From positions 124,001 to 188,000 of the forward strand of contig NIVC01002541.1 in assembly GCA_002269645.1 (NCBI GenBank): a DNA stretch of 64,000 nt, in the 5' to 3' direction. The first letter of the stretch is position 1; each line of letters begins with the position of its first letter. Shown here piece after piece: positions 14,071-41,806 of the stretch. The position numbers and the translations under genes are program-made. The notes under the pieces are model-generated. The model saw nothing but the letters and a program-made list of their open reading frames with translations. It made no database searches and was not told the origin of the DNA. This DNA comes from Macrostomum lignano. Lineage: Eukaryota.

Positions 14071-17000
14071 ATGGGTTCCTCGCCTACAAAGCATGTGGAT
14101 GTGAAAACAGGTGAGAATGCACTCCCGTTTCTAAGAATGCACCCCAGTTTCTAAGAATGCACTCCAGTTTCTAAGAATACACCCCCATTTCTAAGAATGC
14201 GCACCAGTTTCTAAGAATGCACCCCTGTTTCTAAGAATGCGCACCAGTTTCTAAGAATGCACCCCAGTTTCTAAGAATGCACTCCGATTTCTAAGAATAC
14301 ACCCCCGTTTCTAAGAATGCACCCCCGTTTCTAAGAAATCGCACCAGTTTCTAAGAATGCACCCCCGTTTCTAAGAATGCACTCCGATTTCTAAGAATAC
14401 ACCCCCGTTTCTAAGAATGCACCCCCGTTTCTAAGAAATCACACCAGTTTCTAAGAATGCACCCCCGTTTCTAAGAATGCACCCAATTTCTAAGAATGCA
14501 CTCCAGTTTCTAAGAATACACCCCAGTTTCTAAGAATGCACCCCCGTTTCTAAGAATGCACCCCAGTTTCTAAGAATGCACCCCAATTTCTAAGAACGCT
14601 CTCCAGTCTCTAAGAATGAACTCCAACTTCTAAGAACGCTCTCCAGTCTCTAAGAATGAACTCCAATTTCTAAGAACGCTCTCCAGTCTCTAAGAATGAA
14701 CTCCAGTTTCTAAGAATGAACTCCAGTCTCTAAGAATGCACTCCTATTTTCAATATCGCCGGCAAGCAGCCGATCCCCATCGCATCCCCACCCGTCCTGT
14801 CAGACCTCAGCTCCGCATTCGCCGACGGCTCGCCAGCGCAGCCGAACGGAGCCGACTCGCCGTCACCGGCGACCGCCGAATCGGACGAGGCCGGCTGGAT
14901 CGCCTGCCCGCGCTGCCTGCAGCTGCTGGACGATCCCCGACAATCGCCCGGCTGCCGACATCCGGTCTGCCGCGGCTGCTACCAGCCCGGCGCCGAGTGC
15001 CCCGTGTGCGGCGAGGTCGGCCGCCAACCGCCGGAGCTTCTGGCGCCAGACGAAGACGCCGCTAGACGGTTGGCGCGGTGGCGCGAGGCGCCGGTTGTTG
15101 CTGCGTCGACATCGAAGAAACCGGCGAAACCGGCGACGAGATCGGCAACAGCCAACGGCGATGGTCCGGACTCTGACGACACAACATCGAGCGATGAGGA
15201 GAAATCGAGGGCGACGGAGACGACGCTGGCAAAGTCGCCGTGGAGGTCGACGGCGAGTCGCCGCCGTCGCCTCTGCAGTTGGCGCCGAGCAAATCGCAGC
15301 TGACGGAGGCGGAAAAAATTCTGATGCGCAATGGCGACCTGCTGCGGCGGCAGCTGCGGCGCTGGGCTGATGAAGCGCAGAGGCTGGACGCGTTCGTTGC
15401 CGAGTGTCATCGGGCCATAGAGCAGGAGGTGAGCGCCGGAATTCTGGGAATCGCACCTGTGGACGGGCATGCATTTTTGGACCATTCTGGAGTCTCGAAC
15501 AATATTTGTGTTGTCTGACCTGACCTGACCTGATCTGAACTGACCTGACCTGACCTGACCTGACCTGACCTGACCTGACCTGACCTGACCTTACCTGACC
15601 TGACCTGACCTGACCTGACCTGACCTGACCTGACCTGACCTGACCTGACCTGACCTGACCTGACCTGACATGACCTGACCTGACCTGACCTGACCTGACC
15701 TGACCTGACCTGACCTGACCTGACCTGACCTGACCTGACCTGACCTGACCTGACCTGACCTGACCTGACATGACCTGACCTGACCTGACCTGACCTGACC
15801 TGACCTGACCTGACCTGACCTGACCTCACTAGACTTGAACTAAACGGATAAAAGCCGGCATTAGAAAATCCCGGCCGAACTCCACTGACCCACAGGCGGA
15901 CAGCCTTCGTGCCGTTCAGCGCAGCCGCCGCCTCCGTGCGCAGCAGCAGTCGCTGGAGCAGGCCGACGCGCTCCACAAGCTCCGGCTTGGTGCTGCACGC
16001 CTCCGCGTCGCGGCGCAACTCGGCTCGGCAGCCTCCTCATCTTCGACGCTGCTCGTATCGACCGCGCGCAGGCTTCAACACCGCGTAGAGTCGGCGCGCC
16101 AAGGCGCCCTGGCCTGGGACGCCGGCGAGGCCGACAGCGACCCGGACGGCGACGCCGAGAGCCGCCTGGCGCGCTTGCGGGAATTCGCCAGCGCTGCCGC
16201 TGCCGACCTTCTGCAGGCGCCGCCAGAGCCGGCGGCTTCGCGGCTCCGGCCGGCCGCCTCCACGCCGGCCACGGCCAGTCGGCGGAGCCTCCGGGTTGTC
16301 GGCGGCGGCAAGCGGCGACGCCAGCCCACCAACTTGACGCCGACCCGCGAACTGCCCGGAGTCCACGTCTGGGACGTCGCCATTGTGCGGCACACCGGGT
16401 CGCTGTGCTATCGTGCCGACGGCGGCTCCTCCTCGGAGGCCGACGGCAGCGACGTCCGCTACTGCCCGGCCGGCGGGAAGTGGCGGCCGCTGCCCAACCC
16501 GAGCCTTTACTGCCTGCTGCCAGCCTCGTCCGGCCTGCTGGCGGTCTCGCCGGACGGTGCCACCCTGGGGGAGCTGCGACTGTCGCCTCGGCGGCCCCGC
16601 GGCAACCTGGAGCGGCTGCGCTGCCTCGGCGACCGGCTGTACACCTCTGAGCCGGAGTTCGTCTACGTGACCGACTTGTCCGGCCTCTGCCTGCAGGTGC
16701 TGTCCGGTTTCAGCTGGGCGATGGGCCTGTGGCCGGACCCGGACAGGCGGCGTCTGCTGGTTGTCAATGGCGACCGGCGCTGCGTGGAAATTTTTAGCCT
16801 GGACAGCTTCAGCCACGAGGGTGCGGGGGACATCGGGGGATATGTATGGAATAGGCTTGTGTCGGCTACTGGTGTAGGATCGAGAGTGACACATTTGGAA
16901 TCGAGAGTGACACATCTAGGATCGAGAGTGACACATCTAGGATCGAGAGTGACACATCTAGTATCAAGAGTGACACATCTAGAATCGAGAGTGACACATC

Positions 17001-18029
17001 TAGGATCAAGAGTGACACATTTGGAATCGAGAGTAACACATCTAGGATCGAGAGTGACACATCTAGGATCAAGAGTGACACATTTGGAATCGAGAGAGAC
17101 GCATTTGGAATCGAGAGTGACACATTTGGAATCGAGAGTGACGCATTTGGAATCGAGAGTGACACATCCAGGATAGAGAGTGATCTACTCAAGTCTATAA
17201 TGATCAGTATTGAGGAAGCTAGTACAGCGAACCTAATTCCACATCTCTATCTAACATCCCAAACACCCTTTCCTTTAGGCAGTCTATGTGACGACGAGTT
17301 CACAGACGACCTGACAGGTGTCTGCGTCTTGGGCAACAGGATCCTGGTGGCTGATCACACAGCCTATCAGCTGCACATCTACCGCGCGGATAATCTGCAA
17401 TTTGTTGGCAGACTGCAGGTGTCTTCGCCCAGGTTTCTCGATGTGGATTCCGCAGGTGTTGTGTACATCACGGGCGACCAGACCGAGTATCACCAGGTCA
17501 GTTGTACATGTAGTACCAGGGGCGTCACCACTGCAACAGGGGAGACAAGGAGAACTTTTATTGGCTGGCCGCCAAGGTCAGTCACGTGATAAAATCGAAG
17601 GCCATGGAGTCAAGTGAGCTAGGATATACTTTACAGTTGAATTGTACCAGTTGGAAATAATCGCATGATAAGATAAGCCGCATAGATAAGTTTGGGGGTT
17701 TGAAAATCGGCAGTCACGTGCTAAGATCGAAGGCCACAGTAGTCATTCGGAAGAAAAGGTCACATGATAAGAGTTTGAGGGTTAGAAAATGGACAGTCAC
17801 GTGATTCGGGGCCGAGGGAGACTTCTAAAAATAGTAACACGCGTGTACACCCACTGCGCAGGTCACCGTGCTGGACCCAGCCAACGGGCGGCAATTCTCC
17901 TGCGGCTACGAGGGCAGCAGATTCGGCGAGTTTCGCTCGCCAAGCGGCCTGGCAGTCGACGAAGTGGCTGGCGAGATCTACGTGTCCGACTTTGACAACG
18001 AGCGGGTGCAGGTGTTCTCCCTGACCTAG
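14071..18029 (+). CDS. RING finger - coiled-coil - NHL-repeat protein (TRIM-NHL-like, no B-box seen), about 658 aa after one frameshift correction
   Basis: Exons 14071-14110, 14804-15428, 15896-16820, 17279-17496, 17862-18029 with matching GT-AG phases. C3HC4 RING CPRC..CRH..CRGC..CPVC at about 14905-15010. NHL repeats, e.g. FGEFRSPSGLAVDEVAGEIYVSDFDNERVQVF. One base is missing near 15202-15204. Exon 1 is less certain. Confidence 0.8.
14113..14740. repeat. 20-bp minisatellite (TTCTAAGAATGCACCCCAGT), RING-NHL intron 1
   Basis: Tandem units seen directly. Confidence 0.95.
15515..15827. repeat. (TGACC)n pentanucleotide array, RING-NHL intron 2
   Basis: Direct inspection. Confidence 0.97.
16877..17172. 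repeat. 21-bp minisatellite (GATCGAGAGTGACACATCTAG), RING-NHL intron 3
   Basis: Tandem units seen directly. Confidence 0.92.
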
Positions 18030-18229
18030 ATAGTGCTACACTGAAGTACATGTAACAGTGTCTGTCTACCGGTAGATTATTCAAGACTTCAGTGAGGTTG
18101 TAATTTAAGGAAGCTTTACAGAAATTGCTCAGTCACTGGGCTGGAGAAACTCAAGTTAAAAAATATTTACACATCAGTCAGATCAGTCAATTTCAAGCTC
18201 GTTGATGCATACCAGTTAAAAACGATAAC

Positions 18230-18610
18230 CGGCGACAAGAATCTCTAAAAAGTCGTTCCAAACAACTCACTAGTGACTCTGGCGACTTTTTAACGACTCA
18301 AACGCGTCTAAACTCAATCTGTTGCGTCACGTGAGTTGTAGCATCGTAAAAGTGTCGCTATAGATAGTCGTCTAAGAATAGTTGTATTGGCGCTTAACTG
18401 TCTACTAACTCAGTAGGCTAGTTAGAGCGCTTCAAACGCAACTTAGTGAACTCTTAGCACGCCTCAAAAACGACTCTAGGGTCGTCATATCGTCACCCCG
18501 GAGTCACTAACAATCGCGCCAGAGTCGCAGGCAATAAAACGCCTCCAAATGGACTCTTAGGCGACTTGAACAGTCACATCTCGTAGTTTTAGAGTCACTT
18601 CTTTCATATT
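18230..18610 (-). repeat. Dispersed GACTC/GAGTC-rich repeat family, copy 1 (inverted)
   Basis: Its reverse complement contains GAGGCGTTTTATTGCCTGCGACTCTG (cf. 57002), GACTCCGGGG (cf. 46452) and AGTAGACAGTTAAGCGCC (cf. 51807). Confidence 0.65.
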
Positions 18611-19374
18611 TTATCTGTAAAGCCTGCAAAGACTCTTCTTGGCATCGGTACTTGTAGTTCGATTGTATTCGATATCAAAATTAAAAAATTCCATTTCGGC
18701 TGATTAAATTGTAGTTTCTACTTTCAGTAATATGAACCCCAGTTAAAAGTTAAATCCTGACTGTGATTATTTAAAGGTCTACATGTACTCTCTAAACCCA
18801 GACAATTTTACAATTTACATGCTCCTTTTTCTCTTTGATTTCCTGTGCGTTTTTTCACTGATTTTCTCTCCAATGAAAGTTTCTTTTGCTGCTTTGATTG
18901 CAATTTTCTTAAAACACAACTACCTGCACTGATGACCTGATGTTGTCAACCTCTGCTTATTAAATTCTGTCAATTTAAATAATTATTACTGGCTGGACAA
19001 TAAGCCAATTTGAGAGAGGTGATTTATTACAGAAACTGATTTTTATTATCATCAAAAATAGCCTGTTGAAAGCAAACAAATAATAGCGGCTTTCTCTTGG
19101 GCAAGCAACAGACAGTGCTGTTTCGCAAATACAGAAAAATGCCTCCTAGGCACATCGGAACATGCTACCATTAGTAAGTGATGGAAAACATGGGTACGCG
19201 TTGTTCTTTATTAAAGTTTTTCAATATTCGGGATGCAGTTCCGAATTTGATTTGAGTGCGAGTTTCTGCGCAAATGAGACTGATCAGTTTACTTGGAATT
19301 GCATTCACCGGCATTAAAATGCGACACAATAAATGTCTACCAGGCATAGCATGATTTAGTGACAGCAAGATTGA

Positions 19375-19935
19375 GGTTTTGGGGTGGCTGTGTATAGGTG
19401 GGGGTTTCGGGGTGGCTGTATGGGGTAGTGGTTTTGGGGTGGCTGTATAGGTAGGGGTTTTGGGGTGGCTGTATGGGGTAGTGGTTTTGGGGTGGCTGTA
19501 TAGGTAGGGGTTTTGAGGTGGCTGTATGGGGTAGTGGTTTTGGGGTGGCTGTATGGGGTAGTGGTTTTGGGGTGGCTGTATGGGGTAGTGGTTTTGGGGT
19601 GGCTGTATGGGGCAGTGGTTTTGGGGTGGCTGTATGGGGTAGTGGTTTTGGGGTGGCTGTATGGGGCAGTGGTTTTGGGGTGGCTGTATGGGGTAGTGGT
19701 TTTGGGGTGGCTGTGTATAGGTGGGGGTTTCGGGGTGGCTGTATGGGGTAGTGGTTTTGGGGTGGCTGTATAGGTAGGGGTTTTGGGGTGGCTGTATGGG
19801 GTAGTGGTTTTGGGGTGGCTGTATGGGGTAGTGGTTTTGAGGTGGCTGTATGGGGTAGTGGTTTTGGGGTGGCTGTATGGGGTAGTGGTTTTGGGGTGGC
19901 TGTATGGGGTAGTGGTTTTGGGGTGGCTCTATGGG
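19375..19935. repeat. 27-bp G-rich minisatellite (GGGTGGCTGTATGGGGTAGTGGTTTTG)
   Basis: Tandem units seen directly. Confidence 0.93.
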
Positions 19936-20509
19936 GTGGGGGTTTGGCTTTGGCCTTCTGGGAGTGGCTGTATGGATACGAGTATACGAGTATTAGGACA
20001 CGAGTACATTCAAGCGCATCCCTCAAACATAAATTTCGTATAACCATACTTGTCAGAATTGTGAAATCGAGTTTCGAAATTCGCAGAAAGACAATATCTG
20101 CATTGGTTGTTAAACAATTCCAACGGTGCTACATTTAAACAGTGGCATACAGTAAATAGAAACTAGAGAGCTTAAATAAAATAAGTCGATTCGGTTCAAA
20201 CGAGCTGAATATGCGTACTTTTATCATGCCCCTGCATACTGTAGCAGTTAGACTGCCAAAGTTGGCGCACCTTTGCACAATGAGATCTCTGTCAATCAAT
20301 GGCTATTGAACGATAAATTATGAGTTCGGTGCATCTGGATGAAATCAATTTCTCTAGTAGAAGCTGGCGCTCTGGAGTAGCATTTTGGGACTCAGACGAT
20401 CTGGAGAAAAAGTTTAGGAGACGCGATTCCGTTAGGCAGGTGCTGTCGCTCACGAAAATTCAATAATAAAAAGTCAACTCTGTTAAAATTATAAATAGAG
20501 TCGGTCCCC

Positions 20510-21066
20510 AATGTCCCGCGGACACCTCAATGTCCCATGTAGGTCAGGCAGACACCCCCAATGTCCCAGGTAGCTCAGGCAGACACCCCCAATGTCCCAG
20601 GTAGGTCAGGCAGACACCCCCAATGTCCCAGGTAGGTCAGGCAGACACCCCCAATGTCCCAGGTAGGTCAGGCAGACACCCCCAATGTCCCAGGTAGGTC
20701 AGGCAGACACCCCCAATGTCCCAGGTAGCTCAGGCAGACACCCCAATGTCCCAGGTAGGTCAGGCAGACACCCCCAATGTCCCAGGTAGGTCAGGCAGAC
20801 ACCCCAATGTCCCAGGTAGGTCAGGCAGACACCCCCAATGTCCCAGGTAGGTCAGGCAGACACCCCCAATGTCCCAGGTAGGTCAGGCAGACACCCCCAA
20901 TGTCCCAGGTAGGTCAGGCAGACACCCCAATGTCCCAGGTAGCTCAGGCAGACACCCCAATGTCCCAGGTAGGTCAGGCAGACACCCCCAATGTCCCAGG
21001 TAGGTCAGGCAGACACCCCCAATGTCCCAGGTAGGTCAGGCAGACACCCCCAATGTCCCAGGTAGG

Positions 21067-21080
<14 letters not shown>
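20510..21080. repeat. About 31-bp minisatellite (CCCAATGTCCCAGGTAGGTCAGGCAGACACCC) at the Src 3' end
   Basis: Tandem units seen directly; the array overlaps the predicted stop codon. Confidence 0.93.
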
Positions 21081-36395
<15,315 letters not shown>

Positions 36396-37956
36396 CCTGC
36401 GCGATGATGCCTTCTAGCCGAAGTGTTGCGTTGCTGAATGAATCCTTCCTGGACAAAGCAGCGTCAAGTTGTTTAAAGGAAACTAGGAAAATGCCTGCCT
36501 GGTGAGTGGCAATGGCAGAGTGCCAATGAGGTGGGTAAGAGAACTACAGATGAGTAGAGCCTTAACCAAATAGCTTATATAGCTCTCTAAATACAACACG
36601 TCTTGTTCTTAAGCGCGATATTAAGAGCGAAGTCTGTCTGGTAGTTCCTGTCAAGGGGGGGGAATAATTTAAATTGTAATGCACCCCACAGCCGGGGTGG
36701 CGGTGTGGCCAATGGAGGAGGTTTGAAAGGCGTGGGTGGCGCCGGTAAGGACAGACAGGAGGGGCCCTGAAGCGAGTTTCAAGCGAGCCGGGTTTTTACT
36801 CGCATTTAACGGAAGGCCCTGTGGGGGTCTGTCTGGGTGCCGGCATTTAAGATCGATAAATTATATGGGGGCCCGGCCCCGGAGGGGGGTGGGGGTGGCC
36901 CGGCCGGGCTGAGGAAGGAGGGGTCTGAGTTGCAAGGCTAGGGCGGGTGGGGTGGGGTGAGAATTAGAACAGGGCAGGGGGTGGAAGAGGGGGGTTGGTT
37001 CCCAGCAAGGCCTGTCTGTGCGTAGGAGTTTTAAATGGGGGCGTGGAACTGGCAATGCGGATTGTTGTAATAAGGCCAAACCAAACTCATTCCCAGCCAA
37101 TAGCAGGCTAGGGCAAGGCGATGCGCAAATAATCCTACTGTTAGTAGGTGACTTTAGACGCTAAGGAAAAACAGCTCAATGGCGGATTAAAGAGTGACGC
37201 CCAAGTTCGTCATGTCTATAAATAATCGAATAGTATGCGCCAGCCAATGCAAAAACTGGCACGCTTTGCACTTAGCGCGTTGTTGCTTATAGTTAAAAAA
37301 ACAGCGCGCAGTTTAGAGGGAGCTGAAATAAAAGAACATTAGAAGACAGGCGGTCACATGCTGTATCCCCGAGATATAGATAGAACTTACGACATTTTCA
37401 AGCCCTTATTATAGTTTGAGAGAGAGCGAGAGAGAGAGAAGCTGCCTTCCCCCCACTAATCCCATGCAGTACAGGCGTGCACAGTGCACAGCAGATTGCA
37501 AGATGGTGACTAAGTGACTAATAATAAAAAATAGCGCACAGTTTCAGCCCGGAAAGGAAACCGAATCAAATTAGTTCAGGTCTTAGCCTTGGCAATAGGG
37601 GCAAAACAAACAGGCCGAGGAACTGAGGAGACAACGTGGAACAAATTTAAAAATAGACATTACGACAGAAATCAGCTCGCAGTTGTTTATAACGCGGCAT
37701 GGCTGCACGTGATTTCATAAATTACAAGTTTATGAATTGCACTTTTAAACACAGGAAATGAGGAAAGAAACAACATCATCCAGATTCATCTTCACAGATC
37801 GGCAATTCATATTTTCAACAATGAGCTGATTGTGTGTGTGTTACAGGCACAATGTATTTATTTGGTATTCAAGTTTATAATTACTTGATATTTGATACAG
37901 GCAGCCTGTTACATGATAGTTCTGCGTATCGAGCTAACAGACAGGTAAACTAACAA

Positions 37957-38239
37957 GGGCTGCTCAAGTAGGAGGACGGGAAGCTACGTTTCTAGGGATT
38001 TTTTAGGAGGCCGGTTTTACCAAAGAAATACATTATTACGGAGAATGGAGGTTTTCATTTTTCCAGCGCCTAATTTAGAACCCTACTAACTTTCTAAATG
38101 AAAAGCTTTATGAAAATCAATAGAACTATAAGCAAGGCAAGACATATCAAAAGATAAACATTGGGTCTTATTTACATTAAAATCAATAACCTCCTGAAAT
38201 CCAAGAAACGTAGTCCTCCGTCCTGTACTTGAGCAGGCC
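37957..38239. mobile_element. MITE-like element with imperfect terminal inverted repeats of about 45-50 bp
   Basis: Left GGGCTGCTCAAGTAGGAGGACGGGAAGCTACGTTTCTAGGGATTT; reverse complement of the right end GGCCTGCTCAAGTACAGGACGGAGGACTACGTTTCTTGGATTT. No clear TSD. Confidence 0.55.
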
Positions 38240-38367
38240 TTAGTAACTAACTTCTCAGTTAACTACATTAACTCACAGCTGATATTGTAAAAGCACAAAT
38301 TAATTTGGTAAAAAACACGCGCGCTATATACTACTTACTTTTAGCACTGCTAACTGTATCGCTAAAT

Positions 38368-38998
38368 CAGGGGTTGCAAACTTTTTAACTCAAGGGCTGG
38401 CCAGAGGAAGGGAAAGAGAGGAGGGAATAGATGGTAGAATGCACAAGAGGGAAGGGAGAGAAGAAGGGAGAGGAGAGAAGGGAGAGACGAAGAGAGAGAA
38501 GAGAAGGGAGAGAAGGGAGAGGAGAGAAGGAGGAGAGAAGGGAGAGAAGAGAAGGGAGAGAAGAGAAGGGAGAGAAGGGAGAGAAGAAGGGAGAGAAGAG
38601 AAGGGAGAGAGAAGAAGGGAGAGAAGGGAGAGGAGAGAAGGGAGAGAAGAGAAGGGAGAGAAGAGAAGGAGAGAAGGGAGAGGAGAGAAGGAGAGGAGAG
38701 AAGGGAGAGGAGAGAAGGGAGAGGAGAGAAGGGAGAGGAGAGAGGGAGAGGAGAGAGGGAGAGGAGAGAAGGGAGAGGAGAGAAGGGAGAGGAGAGAAGG
38801 GAGAGGAGAGAAGGGAGAGGAGAGAAGGGAGAGGAGAGAAGGGAGAGGAGAGAAGGGAGAGGAGAGAAGGGAGAGGAGAGAAGGCTGAGAGAGCTTAGAA
38901 GAGCCACAAACCTTAGGCGGGGCCGGATTGCAATGGTGAAGTTTCAAAGGACCCCAAAGGCCGCATATGGCACGCGGGCTGGAGTTTGCTAACCCCTA
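38368..38998. mobile_element. Non-autonomous hAT (Charlie-like) element with internal GA-rich microsatellite
   Basis: Left end CAGGGGTTGCAAAC, right end GTTTGCTAACCCCTA. Subterminal GGCCGCA..GGCACGCGGGCTGGAG resembles Charlie-type ends. The 8-bp flanks CGCTAAAT / TCCTACAG share only a CTA.A core. Confidence 0.6.
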
Positions 38999-39070
38999 TC
39001 CTACAGCATTACTATTCCCCTCTAGCTACCAGGCGTAGAGCTAACTAAAATATCCCCCCATGAATAAAAA

Positions 39071-41125
39071 TCAAATATAGGTGCACTTCTCGGCCGGAAT
39101 GTGACCCGAGTTGCCAACGTATCGAACTGCCACCCGGCCATTTGGCCGAATAGTTATCCAGGTGATGGAGCCGTGGTCTAGGCTGAACCGGAGCCAAGCC
39201 TCCGCGGCAGCTGCAACGCCCGGCAGACGAAATAGCGAATAACGTTGGCGTGACAGACCAGCAATTCGTAGCTGTCCTCGGCTTGGCTGGCCGACGCCCG
39301 ATGGAAGAAGCGGCGAAATGCGGACTCGATACGGGCTCCGTCCTGCGGGGGAGACCCCAGATAAGCAAAGCTAGCGAATTCTTTCGATTTTTTATTTGGC
39401 GATATTCGCGTGTTTCTCTACTGACAGTAGAAAATAAGGCATTTGAAATTGATAAAATTCTACAAAACTAGCTTGAATTTATGAGCAAATTATCAAATAG
39501 AGAGGCCGATGATCAATGAGAGGGGCGGATGATCTAAGTGAGGGGCGGATGCTCAAGGAGAGGGGCGGATGATCTAAGTGAGGGGCGGATGATCTAAGTG
39601 AGGGGCGGATGCTCAAGGAGAAGGGCGGTGATCAAGAAGAGGGGCGGATGATCAGAGAGGCGGATGATCAATGAGAGGAGGGGTAGATGATCAATGCGAG
39701 GAGGGGCGGATGATCAAGGAGAGGGGCGGATGATTAATGAGAGAACGGATGATCAGTGGGGCGGATGATCAATGAGTGAACGGATGATCAGAGGGGCGGA
39801 TGATCAATGAGAGGAGGGGTGGATGATCAAGGAGAGGGGCGGTTGATCAATGAGAGGGGCGGATGATCTAAGTGAGGGGCGGATGCTCAAGGAGAGGGGC
39901 GGATGATCTAAGTGAGGGGCGGATGATCAATGAGAGGCGTGGTGGATGATCAATGAGAGGAGGGGCGGATGATCAAGGAGAGGGGCGGATGATCAATGAG
40001 AGGAGGGCGGATGATCAAGGATAGGGGCGGATGATCAGAGGGGCGGATGATCAATGAGAGGAGTGGTGGATGATCAAGGATAGGGCGGATGATAAATGAG
40101 AGGGGATGATCCAGGAACCAAGTGGCATATGAAAACAGTAGGAAAAATAAATAAAATACACAGCAGCAGCGAGCAGACCTGATGAAATGTGTCCGGGCTG
40201 GGCTGATAGTGCGGCGCCGGTGGCTCAGGCGGCACAGGTGCGCCCTCCTCAAGCAAGGAGCAGGGCTCAGCGCTCAGGCTGCTCGGCAGATGACGGCGAA
40301 TTGCTTCAGCTGTTTGCCTGCAGACACGGATTGAATGAAAGCGGCGAATACACAAATAAGGTTAAACAAAAAGGGCGACAGATGACCAAGGGCGGATGAC
40401 CTAAGGGGGGAGAGGAAGACACAAGACAGGATGCGGATAAGCAACAGGTGAGATGAGTGACTTAAGGCGGCAGCTAAAGGGCGGATACTGAAGGGGCAGA
40501 TGACCCAGGGCAGACAACTGAAGGGCGGATGGCCCAGGGCGGATAAAGGGCGGATAACTGAAGGGACAGGTGACCCAGGGGTGGATAGTATCCATGGAGG
40601 CCAACAAAAGGCCCTAAAAGTGGTTAAACAAAGCATGCAGGCCCCTCACTTGGCCCTAGTCATGGTGGAGAAGTGCAGCTTAATCAGCGGCAAGTTCAGC
40701 TCTTTGAGCCGCTGGCCAGTGAGCTCAGCCTGTTGCCAGCCGAGCTCAGTGAGACACCTGGCCGCGTCGGTGTCGCCGTCGCAGTACTGGGCGTGCCGCA
40801 CCAGGATGAGGTGCCTGGACGATTTCGGCACAGCCTCCTCGAGAGCTTTCTCATAGGCTGCCCTTTCTTCATCATTACGCGGCGGCCGGACCAGACTCTT
40901 GGGATCTCGCCTATCCCAATTGTTATCCCAGCGTACGGACGGTTCGAAATTATTGGTGAAGGAGGCCAAAGCCTGGCTAGAGTGCAGGAACCGGGCGGCC
41001 AGGCCGGTGCCGCCGTAGGTTCCGCCAGCTCCGCTGCCGTCCTCAAAGCGCTGATAGTAACGATAGGCGCCTATTGCGGCCGCTGTGCCGAACAGGGCGG
41101 CGCATTTGCGTAGCACGCCGGACAT
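39071..41125 (-). CDS. PGAM5: PGAM5 mitochondrial Ser/Thr phosphatase, about 295 aa after one frameshift correction
   Basis: Exons 41125-40650, 40317-40179, 39342-39071. Motifs [88 protein letters not shown]. Exon 3 is 272 nt, one short of a multiple of 3; the frame breaks near 39203-39208. Confidence 0.93.
39505..40110. repeat. Degenerate approx. 20-bp minisatellite (GAGGGGCGGATGATCAAT), PGAM5 intron 2
   Basis: Tandem units seen directly; a related AAGGGCGGAT core recurs in intron 1. Confidence 0.88.
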
Positions 41126-41189
41126 TCTGGCTGCACAGATAGGGGGGGGGGCAATTTTAATGGCTGACTGGCTGGAGATGAAATGTAGT

Positions 41190-41806
41190 GCTGCTCGCTA
41201 TCTACCCTATGGTGTGCTCGCTATCTACCCTATGGGGTGCTCGCTATCTACCCTATGGTGTGCTCACTATCTACCCTATGGTGTGCTCGCTATCTACCCT
41301 ATGGGGTGCTTGCTATCTACCCTATGGTGTGCTCGCTATCTACCCTATGGGGTGCTTGCTATCTACCCTATGGTGTGCTCGCTATCTACCCTATGGGGTG
41401 CTTGCTATCTACCCTATGGTGTGCTCGCTATCTACCCTATGGGGTGCTCGCTATCTACCCTATGGTGTGCTCACTATCTAATCTATGGTGTGCTCGCTAT
41501 CTACCCTATAGTTTATTCGCTATCTACCCTATGGGTGCTTGCTATGTACTCTATGGTGTGCTCACTATCTACCCTATGGTTTATTTGCTATTTACCCTAT
41601 GGTGTGCTCGCTATCTACCCTATGGTGTGCTCACTATCTAATCTATGTTGTGTTCGCTATCTACCCTATGGTTTATTCGCTATTTACCCTATGGTGTGCT
41701 CGCTATCTACCCTATGGTGTGCTCACTATCTAATCTATGTTGTGTTCGCTATCTACCCTATGGTTTATTCGCTATTTACCCTATGGTGTGCTCGCTATCT
41801 ACCCTA
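41190..41806. repeat. 23-bp minisatellite (TGCTCGCTATCTACCCTATGGTG) upstream of the PGAM5 ATG
   Basis: Tandem units seen directly. Confidence 0.93.

Noticed and set aside
16037-16915. Long antisense ORFs over GC-rich exons (also 9783-10403, 25903-27216, 45853-46323, 55418-55732)
   Set aside because: Expected shadow ORFs from high GC and codon bias; no independent domain signal.
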